Position numbers and translations under genes: made by a program. A model generated the notes under the pieces. The model did no database searches and was not told the DNA's origin. It saw only the letters and a list, made by a program, of their open reading frames with translations. This document shows positions 46,981-56,005 of a DNA stretch of 64,000 nucleotides, piece by piece; the first letter of the stretch is position 1; each line of letters begins with the position of its first letter. The stretch is from a virus: IMG/VR virus record IMGVR_UViG_3300045988_173593, positions 1 through 64,000 of that record; one strand, written 5' to 3'.

Positions 46981-47694
46981 TCAAAAGGAATTTTCATTGT
47001 CCCATTTTTTAACCTGTTTACGCTCGTTTTTTGTCCCATTTTTGCGTTCAGGATTCAAACGCAGCTTTGCTCTTATTCTTTGCAGAATTCTTCCCGCCTT
47101 GCTTTTGGAAACCCCCATCTGTATGGCAATACTGCGGATCGTGCAGCCGTCTTCATATTTCAAACGGTAAAACTGGAATTCCTGCGGTGTCAGCTTCTTG
47201 AAACTGGAGTCTTTCAATACCCGGTTCCCGATGCCGAGTTCATTTTGAATTCCTGTATGGATTGCCTGCCGGGTAACGCCGAGATACTCCGCGACATCGG
47301 ATAAACTCTTACAACCGGACAATCTCAAAGCAAGCGCACGTGCTGTCCGGGGCTTTTCCGCTCCAAGTATGAGACATGAAACCGCTAATTTAAGATTTAC
47401 TCCTGAAACTTCAATTTCTTGCCCGTCTTTCTTAAAATAAAATGCTTTTTCATCTTCATCAAGGACAAGATCGTTTTCACCATAGACATTGCCAAGTTCT
47501 TCATTTAATGGAGCCGTTGATTTGGCAAAATGCTTGATTCCGCTTTTTTCTGTATGGTTGAGAATTCCATAAATTCTACATGACTCGTCAAACTCGCAAT
47601 CGGGGCAACGTCTTCCTATTTTTCTTTTCCCGAAACATTCAGGACACCCGGAACTGATTGCTTTTGAGTCTTTTTTCTCCGTAAATTCACTCAT
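46981..47694 (-). CDS. zinc-ribbon protein with two sigma70 region-4-like HTH domains, a candidate phage transcription regulator
   Basis: LTPQEFQFYRLKYEDGCTIRSIAIQMGVSKSKAGRILQRIRAKL resembles sigma region 4. Confidence 0.55.
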   Translation of the reverse strand: MSEFTEKKDSKAISSGCPECFGKRKIGRRCPDCEFDESCRIYGILNHTEKSGIKHFAKSTAPLNEELGNVYGENDLVLDEDEKAFYFKKDGQEIEVSGVNLKLAVSCLILGAEKPRTARALALRLSGCKSLSDVAEYLGVTRQAIHTGIQNELGIGNRVLKDSSFKKLTPQEFQFYRLKYEDGCTIRSIAIQMGVSKSKAGRILQRIRAKLRLNPERKNGTKNERKQVKKWDNENSF

Positions 47695-47878
47695 AACCCC
47701 TCTCTTTCCCTTGAAGATTCAATATTTGGTGATATTTGTATCCTTGGTTTCAGAGATGATCTTCAAGTTTTGAGAGGATGAAATCATAAAAAAGCCGGAA
47801 TTGCGGGTTCCGGCTTTTGCTTTTCACCGCCTCATACAGAAGCGGATTTTGTCAACTTGTAAATTTTGGCAACTTATA

Positions 47879-48271
47879 TTATGGACAATCCTCCCGGCTG
47901 TATCTGTGATCTCCTTCGTATCTTGCTCCGGCTGTCCTGTGTCCGTTTCCTTCAGGCTGATCCAGGAATTTTATATTCTGAACATAAATCCGTGTTTTGC
48001 TCCGAGTTTCACCGGTTTTTCTGTCCTGCCATTGCTCATTCTTAAGGAAACCCTCAACCAGAACGGAGGAACCTTTTCCGGTGAATCGCGGGATAACCTC
48101 CGCCGTTTTACCGAAACATACGCATTCCCCGAAGTAAGTATCGGGCTTCTCGCGTGTCCCCTGATTGACCGCGATCCCGAAGGAACATATTGCCGTCTGA
48201 TTGTTTGTATACCGGATTTCCGGATTCCTGGTCAGATTCCCCATCAGAAAAACCTTGTTATAGCTTGCCAT
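47879..48271 (-). CDS. ssb: single-stranded DNA-binding protein
   Basis: NKVFLMGNLTRNPEIRYT OB-fold signature. Confidence 0.85.
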   Translation of the reverse strand: MASYNKVFLMGNLTRNPEIRYTNNQTAICSFGIAVNQGTREKPDTYFGECVCFGKTAEVIPRFTGKGSSVLVEGFLKNEQWQDRKTGETRSKTRIYVQNIKFLDQPEGNGHRTAGARYEGDHRYSREDCP

Positions 48272-48683
48272 TGGATTGCGTTCCTTTCAATTTCAGATAA
48301 AGCTCCAATGCACTTCCGGCATCAGTCGGATAACTGTAACATTTGCCCTTAGATATAATATGCATATCAGTAAAATCAGTATTTGGAAGTTCGCAAATCG
48401 CATCAAAAATCTCTTCTAAAGTCGGTGCCGGAAAACAATACTCAGGATGGTTTCTGGAAAAAACAACTATCCGAGCCGTATCCATAACCGCTTCTTTAGG
48501 TAAATGTTCAAGGAGTTCAGATAACCTAAATCTGAACTCCTTGAACTCTTCTTTAATATATTCTATTTCATCCCACCGAAACACTGTATTCTGAAATGCA
48601 TCAGCTGGTATTTTTCTGCATGCTTCAAAATCAGGAACAATATCCTCAATTTCTCGTAATTTTTCCATTATTTCACCCTCCAT
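48258..48683 (-). CDS. hypothetical protein
   Basis: ORF. Confidence 0.5.
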   Translation of the reverse strand: MEGEIMEKLREIEDIVPDFEACRKIPADAFQNTVFRWDEIEYIKEEFKEFRFRLSELLEHLPKEAVMDTARIVVFSRNHPEYCFPAPTLEEIFDAICELPNTDFTDMHIISKGKCYSYPTDAGSALELYLKLKGTQSNGKL

Positions 48684-48750
48684 AGAATGATTCCGAGAAT
48701 CAGGGCAATGCCGAGCCCCGGAATCAGATTTGAAATCAGTTCAGACAAGT

Positions 48751-49140
48751 TCATTTCTTCTCTCCGACCAGTTTTTCTTTCAACGCCTCTTTTGCCAGCA
48801 TGTAAATCTCTCCGGCTTCTTTCGGTAACTCCTCAGACACAAACCTTGAATTGGAAATTGCCGGGAGAACCTTTATCAGCGCCATTTCCTTTGTTGTCGG
48901 AACGAATACCGAAACAAGGAAAAATACCACGAGTAAAGCGATACTTATAAAACAAGCTCGCAATTCAAGTTTCATTGCCGGGTGAAATTCTTCTTCACCT
49001 TCAGAGGCCATAAAAGTCGAAAATAATATGATAAGGCTTAATACCACCAGAATACTGGTAATAATGCATAAACCGATTAGAAAGTCATGTATTCCATCCA
49101 TCCTTGTAATCCAGTAAACTGTGCTTTCCGTAATTTCCAT
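48751..49140 (-). CDS. hypothetical membrane protein
   Basis: 3 TM segments. Confidence 0.5.
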   Translation of the reverse strand: MEITESTVYWITRMDGIHDFLIGLCIITSILVVLSLIILFSTFMASEGEEEFHPAMKLELRACFISIALLVVFFLVSVFVPTTKEMALIKVLPAISNSRFVSEELPKEAGEIYMLAKEALKEKLVGEKK

Positions 49141-49167
49141 GATTATTTTCCTTTCCCTTTGAGTTGT

Positions 49168-49446
49168 TTACCATTCATTTCCGTCTTGTTCCTTCTGTTT
49201 CAGCAAGTGCTCAATCGTTCGAAGCGACGTCACGGCGACATGCGCCGCTTCCTCCAGAATATGTTCCCGAGTCGCCCCCTCGATACAATTCATAAAATCG
49301 TTGACCGCCTGACAGAGTTCTCCGTATTCCTCTCCGATCACCATACATTGCATACTGTAGGCTGCCGGAAACCCCGGATGCTTTTTCTTTGCCTTTTCAA
49401 GTTCGATCAAAACCAGACCGAATACATCTTTCATTTTTTCGCCCAT
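49168..49446 (-). CDS. MazG-like nucleotide pyrophosphohydrolase domain protein
   Basis: EEYGELCQAV ... EE motifs. Confidence 0.45.
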   Translation of the reverse strand: MGEKMKDVFGLVLIELEKAKKKHPGFPAAYSMQCMVIGEEYGELCQAVNDFMNCIEGATREHILEEAAHVAVTSLRTIEHLLKQKEQDGNEW

Positions 49447-49449
49447 ATT

Positions 49450-49716
49450 TCACTCATCTCCTTCATTTTTTCTTTCAAACTTGCATCCCGGATTGAAAGA
49501 GTGCATCTTAGTGCACCCGCCGAACATCTCGTCAAAATAACGGCACTCCTCACAATTGGTCAGAGGCTCCGGCATTCCATGATGCTTCAGAATCACATCC
49601 ATAGCATGCCCGACCTCCTTTCTTACAAGCCCGGCCTCATCAAAAGTCCGGCAATCCTTTCCGGAATGCCAGTCACGATAGCGCCTCAGAATTTTAACGG
49701 CGTTTTTCAGTTTCAT
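49450..49716 (-). CDS. hypothetical Cys-containing protein
   Basis: ORF. Confidence 0.45.
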   Translation of the reverse strand: MKLKNAVKILRRYRDWHSGKDCRTFDEAGLVRKEVGHAMDVILKHHGMPEPLTNCEECRYFDEMFGGCTKMHSFNPGCKFERKNEGDE

Positions 49717-49718
49717 TT

Positions 49719-49925
49719 TTATTTGGTTCCTTCCAAAGTCTTTTTTACAATGTATTTTGTCATGGACACGAATTCAGGGTCTTTGTCATGCGTCTCCAGA
49801 ATATCCAGCAAACCGGAACGCAATCTTGCATTTTCCTGTTTCAGTTCGTCAATTCGTTTCAGGAGCCTTGTATTCTCCTCCGCCTGTTTCATCAAAAGAA
49901 TTTCAGTCTCAATATCGCAAGACAT
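49719..49925 (-). CDS. hypothetical coiled-coil protein
   Basis: ORF. Confidence 0.4.
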   Translation of the reverse strand: MSCDIETEILLMKQAEENTRLLKRIDELKQENARLRSGLLDILETHDKDPEFVSMTKYIVKKTLEGTK

Positions 49926-49947
49926 TTTTTATCCTTTTCACTTCATA

Positions 49948-50577
49948 TTATCCGTAATATGCTGCTCTCCACCGTGCCTTGATTTCCTCGGCGTTGAGCG
50001 GATGTTCTGCATTGTATTTTTTCGCCTGTTCAAGCAATGCCGTTTCCGACTCAAGCGAGTTGTTCAGCTTCGGCATTTTCTTGCCCTGACATTGGCAGCA
50101 GATACCAGCCAGCGAGCGTGTCATTGTTCCGCAAATTCTGCACGGCTCATATTTCCTGGTGCGGATATACGGGTATCTGTCGTTCTGACGGATGTTGTAG
50201 CACTTCCGGCAGATTGCGCCGCGTCCGCCGCCCATCGCCGGGGCTCCGCAATATTTGCAGGTCTTTGCCTCGCGTTCCGTAGGCTCATGCCTCTTATGGT
50301 ATTGCTGTTCGCGACGGTGCTTGTTATAACACTCCCGGCAAATCAGCCCGTTGTTGCACTCCTTAGGCAATGCCGGGGCGCCGCAGATGCGGCAGACGCG
50401 CGGGAGATCGCGAGATCGTGAGAGTGCAAAGTTGCGAGGTGAGGCAGACGCATCAGGCGGGACGGGTGATTTTTCATTTTTCATATTTTGCCTCCTCCGC
50501 ATTCCACGGAACCTGCCGGATTTGGAGTTCCGGCGGGAACTTTGCGATGTCTTTAAGGCTGGCGACGATTTTTTCAA
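49948..50577 (-). CDS. protein with three CxxC...CxxC zinc-ribbon repeats
   Basis: CRICGAP...CRECY x3. Confidence 0.5.
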   Translation of the reverse strand: MKKSSPALKTSQSSRRNSKSGRFRGMRRRQNMKNEKSPVPPDASASPRNFALSRSRDLPRVCRICGAPALPKECNNGLICRECYNKHRREQQYHKRHEPTEREAKTCKYCGAPAMGGGRGAICRKCYNIRQNDRYPYIRTRKYEPCRICGTMTRSLAGICCQCQGKKMPKLNNSLESETALLEQAKKYNAEHPLNAEEIKARWRAAYYG

Positions 50578-50585
50578 GGCCTTGT

Positions 50586-51944
50586 TTACTCATTATTTTC
50601 CTCCTGATCGTATTCATCGGTCAAGCCTGTATTTTCAAGTTCCATCATATCACCTATCTCATCATAAGCACATGGGCGCACACGGCGGAATTCGTCCATG
50701 TCGCCACAGGAAAAAAGTAGACGGGCAGTCTTACCCTGTGGTGTCATAGCCTCATAAATACCTTGTTTTTTGTATTTTCGGAAAAGAGCGTTCAATGCTT
50801 TCCTGTATCCGAACTTTTCCATACAGAGATCATAGGCTTTCGGGTGTGTCTGCCGCAATACAGACAGATGATTGTTCCGATAGAGCAGATCAGTTCCGCA
50901 GAACATACAACCATTACGCTCAATACGCCTGGTATTTCCGTCTTTGTTTTCATATTCAATATCATAGAGGGGCGAATATTCCAGCCGATAATAGCTGATG
51001 TAATTCCAAATGTCTTTTTCCGTCCAAAGCGCAATTGGCGAAACATGGTAAAACGCCCCGTCTTTAATATGATCTCTGCGACTTTCGAAAATATGCCCTC
51101 TTGTTGATACGTTGATCATGCGCGTATGGCTTTCTTCCGCCATCAGCCCTTTGATAATGACATCCACATCAAGTTGCTTTTGCAGCTCTTCCGAAGGCTT
51201 CTTTTTCAGGAGTGTGCAACAATGCTGGGAAAATTTGCATTCACGCAGAATATCGTAGTATTCTTTCAATTTGCCGTTTTCACTGGCTGTCTTTGAGTAT
51301 TTCAAAAAACACTCAATATTAATTCTGTGAGCATCCAGCTTGCTTGCCGATTTTCCGAGCAGAGGCAGACCATACTGTTCCATGCAGTATAGGAAATTCA
51401 TAGGATGTCCGGAGAAAAAGCAGTTCTCTTTCGTGAGTTCATACCCGCGTTTTTTTGCCGCGGCAATCAGAGCTTTCTGTCCGGCGAGTTTGCCGTCGTC
51501 CTTCAAAATCTCTGCGAGGCACCCTTCAGATTCAAGCTGTGCCACAAGCTGACGTGCGAACTCATAACGCAGCTCATCTTCCGGCAATGGACGCGGTTTC
51601 GTCTCATAAAAACGGTCTCCGTAATGTTCTTTCCCATACTTGCGGGCAAACGCCAGACTTTCCGGAAATTCGACACCCGTATTGCCGAAAATGCAAAGAA
51701 TGCGCTTGTGAAGTTCCGGACAAAAACGTTCGATTAAATCAGCAACGACTTCCGAATCTTTCCCTCCTGAAAATGCAAGTGCGATATTGTGGCGGCTCAA
51801 CACATCCGACTGCCTCAAAACCTCAACAGAAAGTTTAATTTTTTCATTTAACGGTTTTTTTTGAAACTCGTTGATTTCCTGAAATGTATATTTATCTTTT
51901 AACATTCCCCCGCTCCTTTCAATTTTTGAATCAACTCGTCCCAT
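50586..51944 (-). CDS. large PAPS-reductase-family PP-loop protein with a Cys-containing C-terminus (DndC/SspD-like architecture)
   Basis: ALAFSGGKDSEVV P-loop. 452 aa. Confidence 0.65.
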   Translation of the reverse strand: MGRVDSKIERSGGMLKDKYTFQEINEFQKKPLNEKIKLSVEVLRQSDVLSRHNIALAFSGGKDSEVVADLIERFCPELHKRILCIFGNTGVEFPESLAFARKYGKEHYGDRFYETKPRPLPEDELRYEFARQLVAQLESEGCLAEILKDDGKLAGQKALIAAAKKRGYELTKENCFFSGHPMNFLYCMEQYGLPLLGKSASKLDAHRINIECFLKYSKTASENGKLKEYYDILRECKFSQHCCTLLKKKPSEELQKQLDVDVIIKGLMAEESHTRMINVSTRGHIFESRRDHIKDGAFYHVSPIALWTEKDIWNYISYYRLEYSPLYDIEYENKDGNTRRIERNGCMFCGTDLLYRNNHLSVLRQTHPKAYDLCMEKFGYRKALNALFRKYKKQGIYEAMTPQGKTARLLFSCGDMDEFRRVRPCAYDEIGDMMELENTGLTDEYDQEENNE

Positions 51945-52195
51945 GAATCAAGCGCCATTGAGATTGTCGCGGGTTCTATCGACCCCCATACATCCTCAAC
52001 GCAATAACCCGTGCATCCCTCGATATTTTCATAGTCGTGAAAAGGATCGTAACCGCATTTTCGGCAACTGACCCATATTTCGCAACCGTCTTCGCAAACC
52101 TGTTGAGAGTGAGCGTAAAACTCCTCTTTGTTTCCACACTTCGGACAAGGCAAATAAGGATTGTCGGGAGCGATTTTAAATTTTCTGCTGGCCAT
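51899..52195 (-). CDS. zinc-binding small protein
   Basis: CPKCG...CRKCG. Confidence 0.45.
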   Translation of the reverse strand: MASRKFKIAPDNPYLPCPKCGNKEEFYAHSQQVCEDGCEIWVSCRKCGYDPFHDYENIEGCTGYCVEDVWGSIEPATISMALDSWDELIQKLKGAGEC

Positions 52196-53042
52196 GGTTG
52201 ACTCCTTTCAGGGCTTTTTCAGCATACCGTTTGATTGTCATAAATTTCGGGCATGACGGATCGGGAATCCTTTTCCAGTATTCGTTATTCGCGAGTTCTG
52301 CAATCTCTTTCAGAGCCTCCCGCAGCCGCTTGTTTTCGGCTTCAAGAGCCTCAATACGGACGGCTTGGCGCTCCCGTCTCGCTTTCATGGTTGCAAGACG
52401 CTCTTTATATCTCCGGATATTCGCACTGTTATTGCTCAGCGCCCATGACTCAAATCCGGCAGACTGCCAACTGTATTCAGGCGCGAAAATTTTTCGCGCT
52501 GATTCTTCCGATGCTCCGAGCGCAACAATGGCAGAAATTTTCTCCGCTTCATTGAGTTTTCTGTTGCGGCAAATCTTGTTCACGGCAAGCATGAATTCGT
52601 GTTCTTTTTCAAGGCGGGCAATCTTCTGTTCAACCTTTTCGATTGCATCCGGATCATCATCAAAAATCGTATTTTCGAGGTAATCCGAAAGACCCGCCGC
52701 CTTTTCCAGATGATGCTTTGCCAAATTGCTTTCCTCAACCGCCCGTGTTCCGGCTGCCTGTGCGCGGGCAACAGCCGCACGGTGCCGTTTTTCGCTGTGA
52801 TGCCCGACAAGTATCGGCTGCCCGAATGAGATACCCTCAACGGCTTTTTCTGATTTTTCCCATTCCTTACGGCTGCGCTGTTCTGCTTTCTCTGCCCATT
52901 CCCTACGCTTTGCCAGCTTGTTTTCCAATCGTTCGCGTCTGTTCATGTTCTTTGTCCTTTCACGCATGTATTGCTTCATTTTCAAACAGAGTCGGAGCAT
53001 CCTGTTCCGCTTCGACCTGTTCCAGATATTTAACTCCGTCAC
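52176..53042 (-). CDS. hypothetical protein (DUF3560-like GHHSEKRHR motif)
   Basis: ORF. Confidence 0.45.
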   Translation of the reverse strand: MTELNIWNRSKRNRMLRLCLKMKQYMRERTKNMNRRERLENKLAKRREWAEKAEQRSRKEWEKSEKAVEGISFGQPILVGHHSEKRHRAAVARAQAAGTRAVEESNLAKHHLEKAAGLSDYLENTIFDDDPDAIEKVEQKIARLEKEHEFMLAVNKICRNRKLNEAEKISAIVALGASEESARKIFAPEYSWQSAGFESWALSNNSANIRRYKERLATMKARRERQAVRIEALEAENKRLREALKEIAELANNEYWKRIPDPSCPKFMTIKRYAEKALKGVNHGQQKI

Positions 53043-55461
53043 GGCAATAACCGGGATTCAGTTCAATCCCGATTCCGTTACGCTTCATTTTCAGCGCCAT
53101 ATACGGCACGGTCATAATGCCGCCGAACGGATCCAGTACGGTCTCTCCGGGATTACTCCAGCGCTCAATGACACGCTCCACAATATCGAGCTGCAAAGGG
53201 CAGATATGTTTTTCAACGCATTTCCGCGCCTGTTCGCTGTTCAATGTCCGCATCCGCACAACATCGTCCCATACCCACGGCGACCGCGCAGGAATCCGCA
53301 AGGTCTCAAAGGTGGACGGCAACCGTCCGCGTTTTTCCAATTTCTCCGCCGTCCGCACGTGCTCCGCATAGCTGTAAACCCATGTCGCCGCCCGTTCGTG
53401 AAAAAATTCATTGACATTTTCAAGAGTATAATTTTCAAGTTCCTCATCACTCAAAAGCCGGTTGCCGGAGCTGTTCCATTTTGCGCGGGCGTCGATCTGC
53501 CAGCGTCCCCGCGTGTATTCCGCTTTCGAATGCGTGACAGGGACATCGGCATAGCCTTTTGTGCGGTCGGTCTGCGGCTTCCGGAACAGCAGAAGATACT
53601 CCGGACACCCGACGCCCATCTTTGTGCCGTCCTTGCAGTCTTCGCTCCAACCGAGGCGGTAGGTCTGGTTGTTCTCGCGCACAACATCCGTCTCAATGGT
53701 GACCCGGCCGAAAAACAGAAAACCATGTTTGCGGAAATGCGATACCGTCTCATCGCTGAACGGGTCAACGATCGGCGCGCCCGTATGCTCCACGGCGCCG
53801 AACAGAATCCGGTCTTTCACATGGATTGCGGCGACACGGCCGGGTTTCAGAATCCGGAAAAGTTCAGGAGTCAGAAAGTCCATCTGCTGAAAGAACTTTT
53901 CATTGTTCAGATTGTGCCCGAAGTCATTGTAATTCGGCGTGTATTCGTAATGGTTGGAAAACGGGATCGAGGTATGAATCAGGTCAATGCTGTTTTCTGA
54001 CATGCGGGATGTTTCGTCCACGCAATCATTGTTGATCGCGGTGTAATGCCGTCCGGAAAATTCCTGTCGGTTGATTCCGAGAGCGCGGCGTGTCCCCGCC
54101 CGGATTGCATCGGCGGAAAGTCCATACTTCCGGATGATCTCCGCCATCGTTTCCAACAGTTCATCGTGCCGTTTCCACTTCTGCAGAAGTACATTTTTAA
54201 TCTCATCCTCGCTGTCCGCATAAATGATGTGAATGTTGACCTCGCGCGTCTGCAAGAAGCGGTAGACGCGGTGGATTGCCTGAATGAAATCGTTGAACTG
54301 GTAATTGATGCCGACGAAAACGGCGTCGGCGCAATGCCTCTGGAAATTGCATCCGGAACCGGAAAGTTCCGGTTTCGTGGCGAAATATTTGATTTTCCCG
54401 TCGGAAAAATCAATCACCGACTGTTCCCGTGTTTCGATGTCCTGCTCTCCCCAGATTGCCACCGCTTCCGGCAATGCCTGCTGAATGGCTTTCCGTTCAT
54501 CCTCTAAATGATGCCACAGGATGAAACTCTTTTCCGGTTCCGCATTCACGATTTCCAACATCTTTGCGACACGAAGCGGAATCGTTTCCCGCTTTTCCCG
54601 CGCGGCGTCCGGGAGGCTCCGTGCCGCGTCATGAAAGAATTCCATCTGCCCGTTCCGGCGATCGATGCGGATTTTCTTCATGTGGTCGATATCGACGCGG
54701 TGCCAATGCACTTTCAGCGGCGGGAGGTCGTAACCCTCATCGGAATAGCCGAGATCGGACGGGCGATTCAGGAACACCGCCCAACTGGATATCCACATCC
54801 AGAACTCACGTTCCATGTGCGGGTAAAGCGTCAGATTTCCGGCTTTCTCACTATCGCGCTGAAAGAACCGCGTCAATGCTTCGCCGGTGTCCATGACGCC
54901 GAGGAATCCGGCGTAATGGATCAGTTCCTTGTATTCATTCGGAGACGGCGTTGCCGTTGCGACGAATTTGTATTTCACGTTCCGGCAGAGCGGCAGGAAC
55001 TCCTGATAGGTCTTCGTCCCGAAGCCGCGCAAGATACTTGCCTCATCCAGCGTGACAGCCGCGAACTGTTCCGGGTTCAACTGCCCATCCCGGACGCGCT
55101 CATAATTCGTGATGCAGTACCGGCCAGCGGCTTTCGCTTCCGCATCAGTCCGGACATACTGCAAATCCATTCCCAGCAGATCACGGCCGTCGCGCACAAA
55201 CTCCTGTTTCACGCCCAGCGGCGCAATAATCAGAGTCTTGCGCTTTTCACGTTCGGAAATGATTTTCATGATGGAGAGCTGAATCACGCTTTTTCCGAGT
55301 CCGAAACCGGCGAAAATCGCGCGGCATCCTCCGCGGATCGCCCATTTCACAATGTCCCTCTGGTGCGGTTTCAACACAGACGGTATTTCACTGTCCGCAA
55401 CCTCAAAACCGCCGATTTTCGCAATCGCGATCTTGTTTTTTATAAAATCCTGATAGTTCAT
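52960..55461 (-). CDS. SNF2-family helicase fused to an N6/N4-type DNA methyltransferase-like domain
   Basis: Walker A GFGLGKS, DEAS box, helicase motif VI QAIHRVYRF. Then IDLIHTSIPF (a degenerate DPPY) ... DPFGGIMTVP. Confidence 0.75.
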   Translation of the reverse strand: MNYQDFIKNKIAIAKIGGFEVADSEIPSVLKPHQRDIVKWAIRGGCRAIFAGFGLGKSVIQLSIMKIISEREKRKTLIIAPLGVKQEFVRDGRDLLGMDLQYVRTDAEAKAAGRYCITNYERVRDGQLNPEQFAAVTLDEASILRGFGTKTYQEFLPLCRNVKYKFVATATPSPNEYKELIHYAGFLGVMDTGEALTRFFQRDSEKAGNLTLYPHMEREFWMWISSWAVFLNRPSDLGYSDEGYDLPPLKVHWHRVDIDHMKKIRIDRRNGQMEFFHDAARSLPDAAREKRETIPLRVAKMLEIVNAEPEKSFILWHHLEDERKAIQQALPEAVAIWGEQDIETREQSVIDFSDGKIKYFATKPELSGSGCNFQRHCADAVFVGINYQFNDFIQAIHRVYRFLQTREVNIHIIYADSEDEIKNVLLQKWKRHDELLETMAEIIRKYGLSADAIRAGTRRALGINRQEFSGRHYTAINNDCVDETSRMSENSIDLIHTSIPFSNHYEYTPNYNDFGHNLNNEKFFQQMDFLTPELFRILKPGRVAAIHVKDRILFGAVEHTGAPIVDPFSDETVSHFRKHGFLFFGRVTIETDVVRENNQTYRLGWSEDCKDGTKMGVGCPEYLLLFRKPQTDRTKGYADVPVTHSKAEYTRGRWQIDARAKWNSSGNRLLSDEELENYTLENVNEFFHERAATWVYSYAEHVRTAEKLEKRGRLPSTFETLRIPARSPWVWDDVVRMRTLNSEQARKCVEKHICPLQLDIVERVIERWSNPGETVLDPFGGIMTVPYMALKMKRNGIGIELNPGYCRDGVKYLEQVEAEQDAPTLFENEAIHA

Positions 55462-55502
55462 TTATTTCCAACTCTTTCACATTATGTTCTTTGTCCCTTG
55501 AA

Positions 55503-55979
55503 TTAAAATTTCAGCGGGAGTGTATCCCATGTTTCAGCCACCGGCTCCGGCGGCGGTAAATCCGCGATCTCGAACACCTCCAACAGCGTGCTTGCCTGCA
55601 TACCATAAAGTTTGGAGCTCCGAACCTCGCAAATCTGCTGATCCTGCACCCACACGATACCGGAAAGTGCATCAATCAAGCCTTTCATCAGATTGTCGGT
55701 CAGATCGGGTTTTGTCGTTTTGTAAAATCTGCCTCCTCTCTCCAGCATGGAAAGTTTTTTTTTGCTCCATGAGCGGGGCGCGGAAAACGTAAAAACAGCG
55801 CTCACCATCAGTGGCGAATCCAATATCACAAATCCCGGCGGCAACTGTTGCTGTGCCGCAAGGCGGATATAGTTTTTCCAATCGGTCACACTGAAGGGCT
55901 GATAACGCATCCCGCTTTTCGTGTAGCGGAAAGACTGCACCGCTTTCGGATTGCCCGTGAAATGCAATTTCAGATTCAT
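55503..55979 (-). CDS. rusA: RusA-family Holliday junction resolvase
   Basis: KPDLTDNLMKGLIDAL...VWVQDQQI. Confidence 0.75.
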   Translation of the reverse strand: MNLKLHFTGNPKAVQSFRYTKSGMRYQPFSVTDWKNYIRLAAQQQLPPGFVILDSPLMVSAVFTFSAPRSWSKKKLSMLERGGRFYKTTKPDLTDNLMKGLIDALSGIVWVQDQQICEVRSSKLYGMQASTLLEVFEIADLPPPEPVAETWDTLPLKF

Positions 55980-56005
55980 CTGCCGTTCTCCTGTCCGCTC
56001 ATGCC

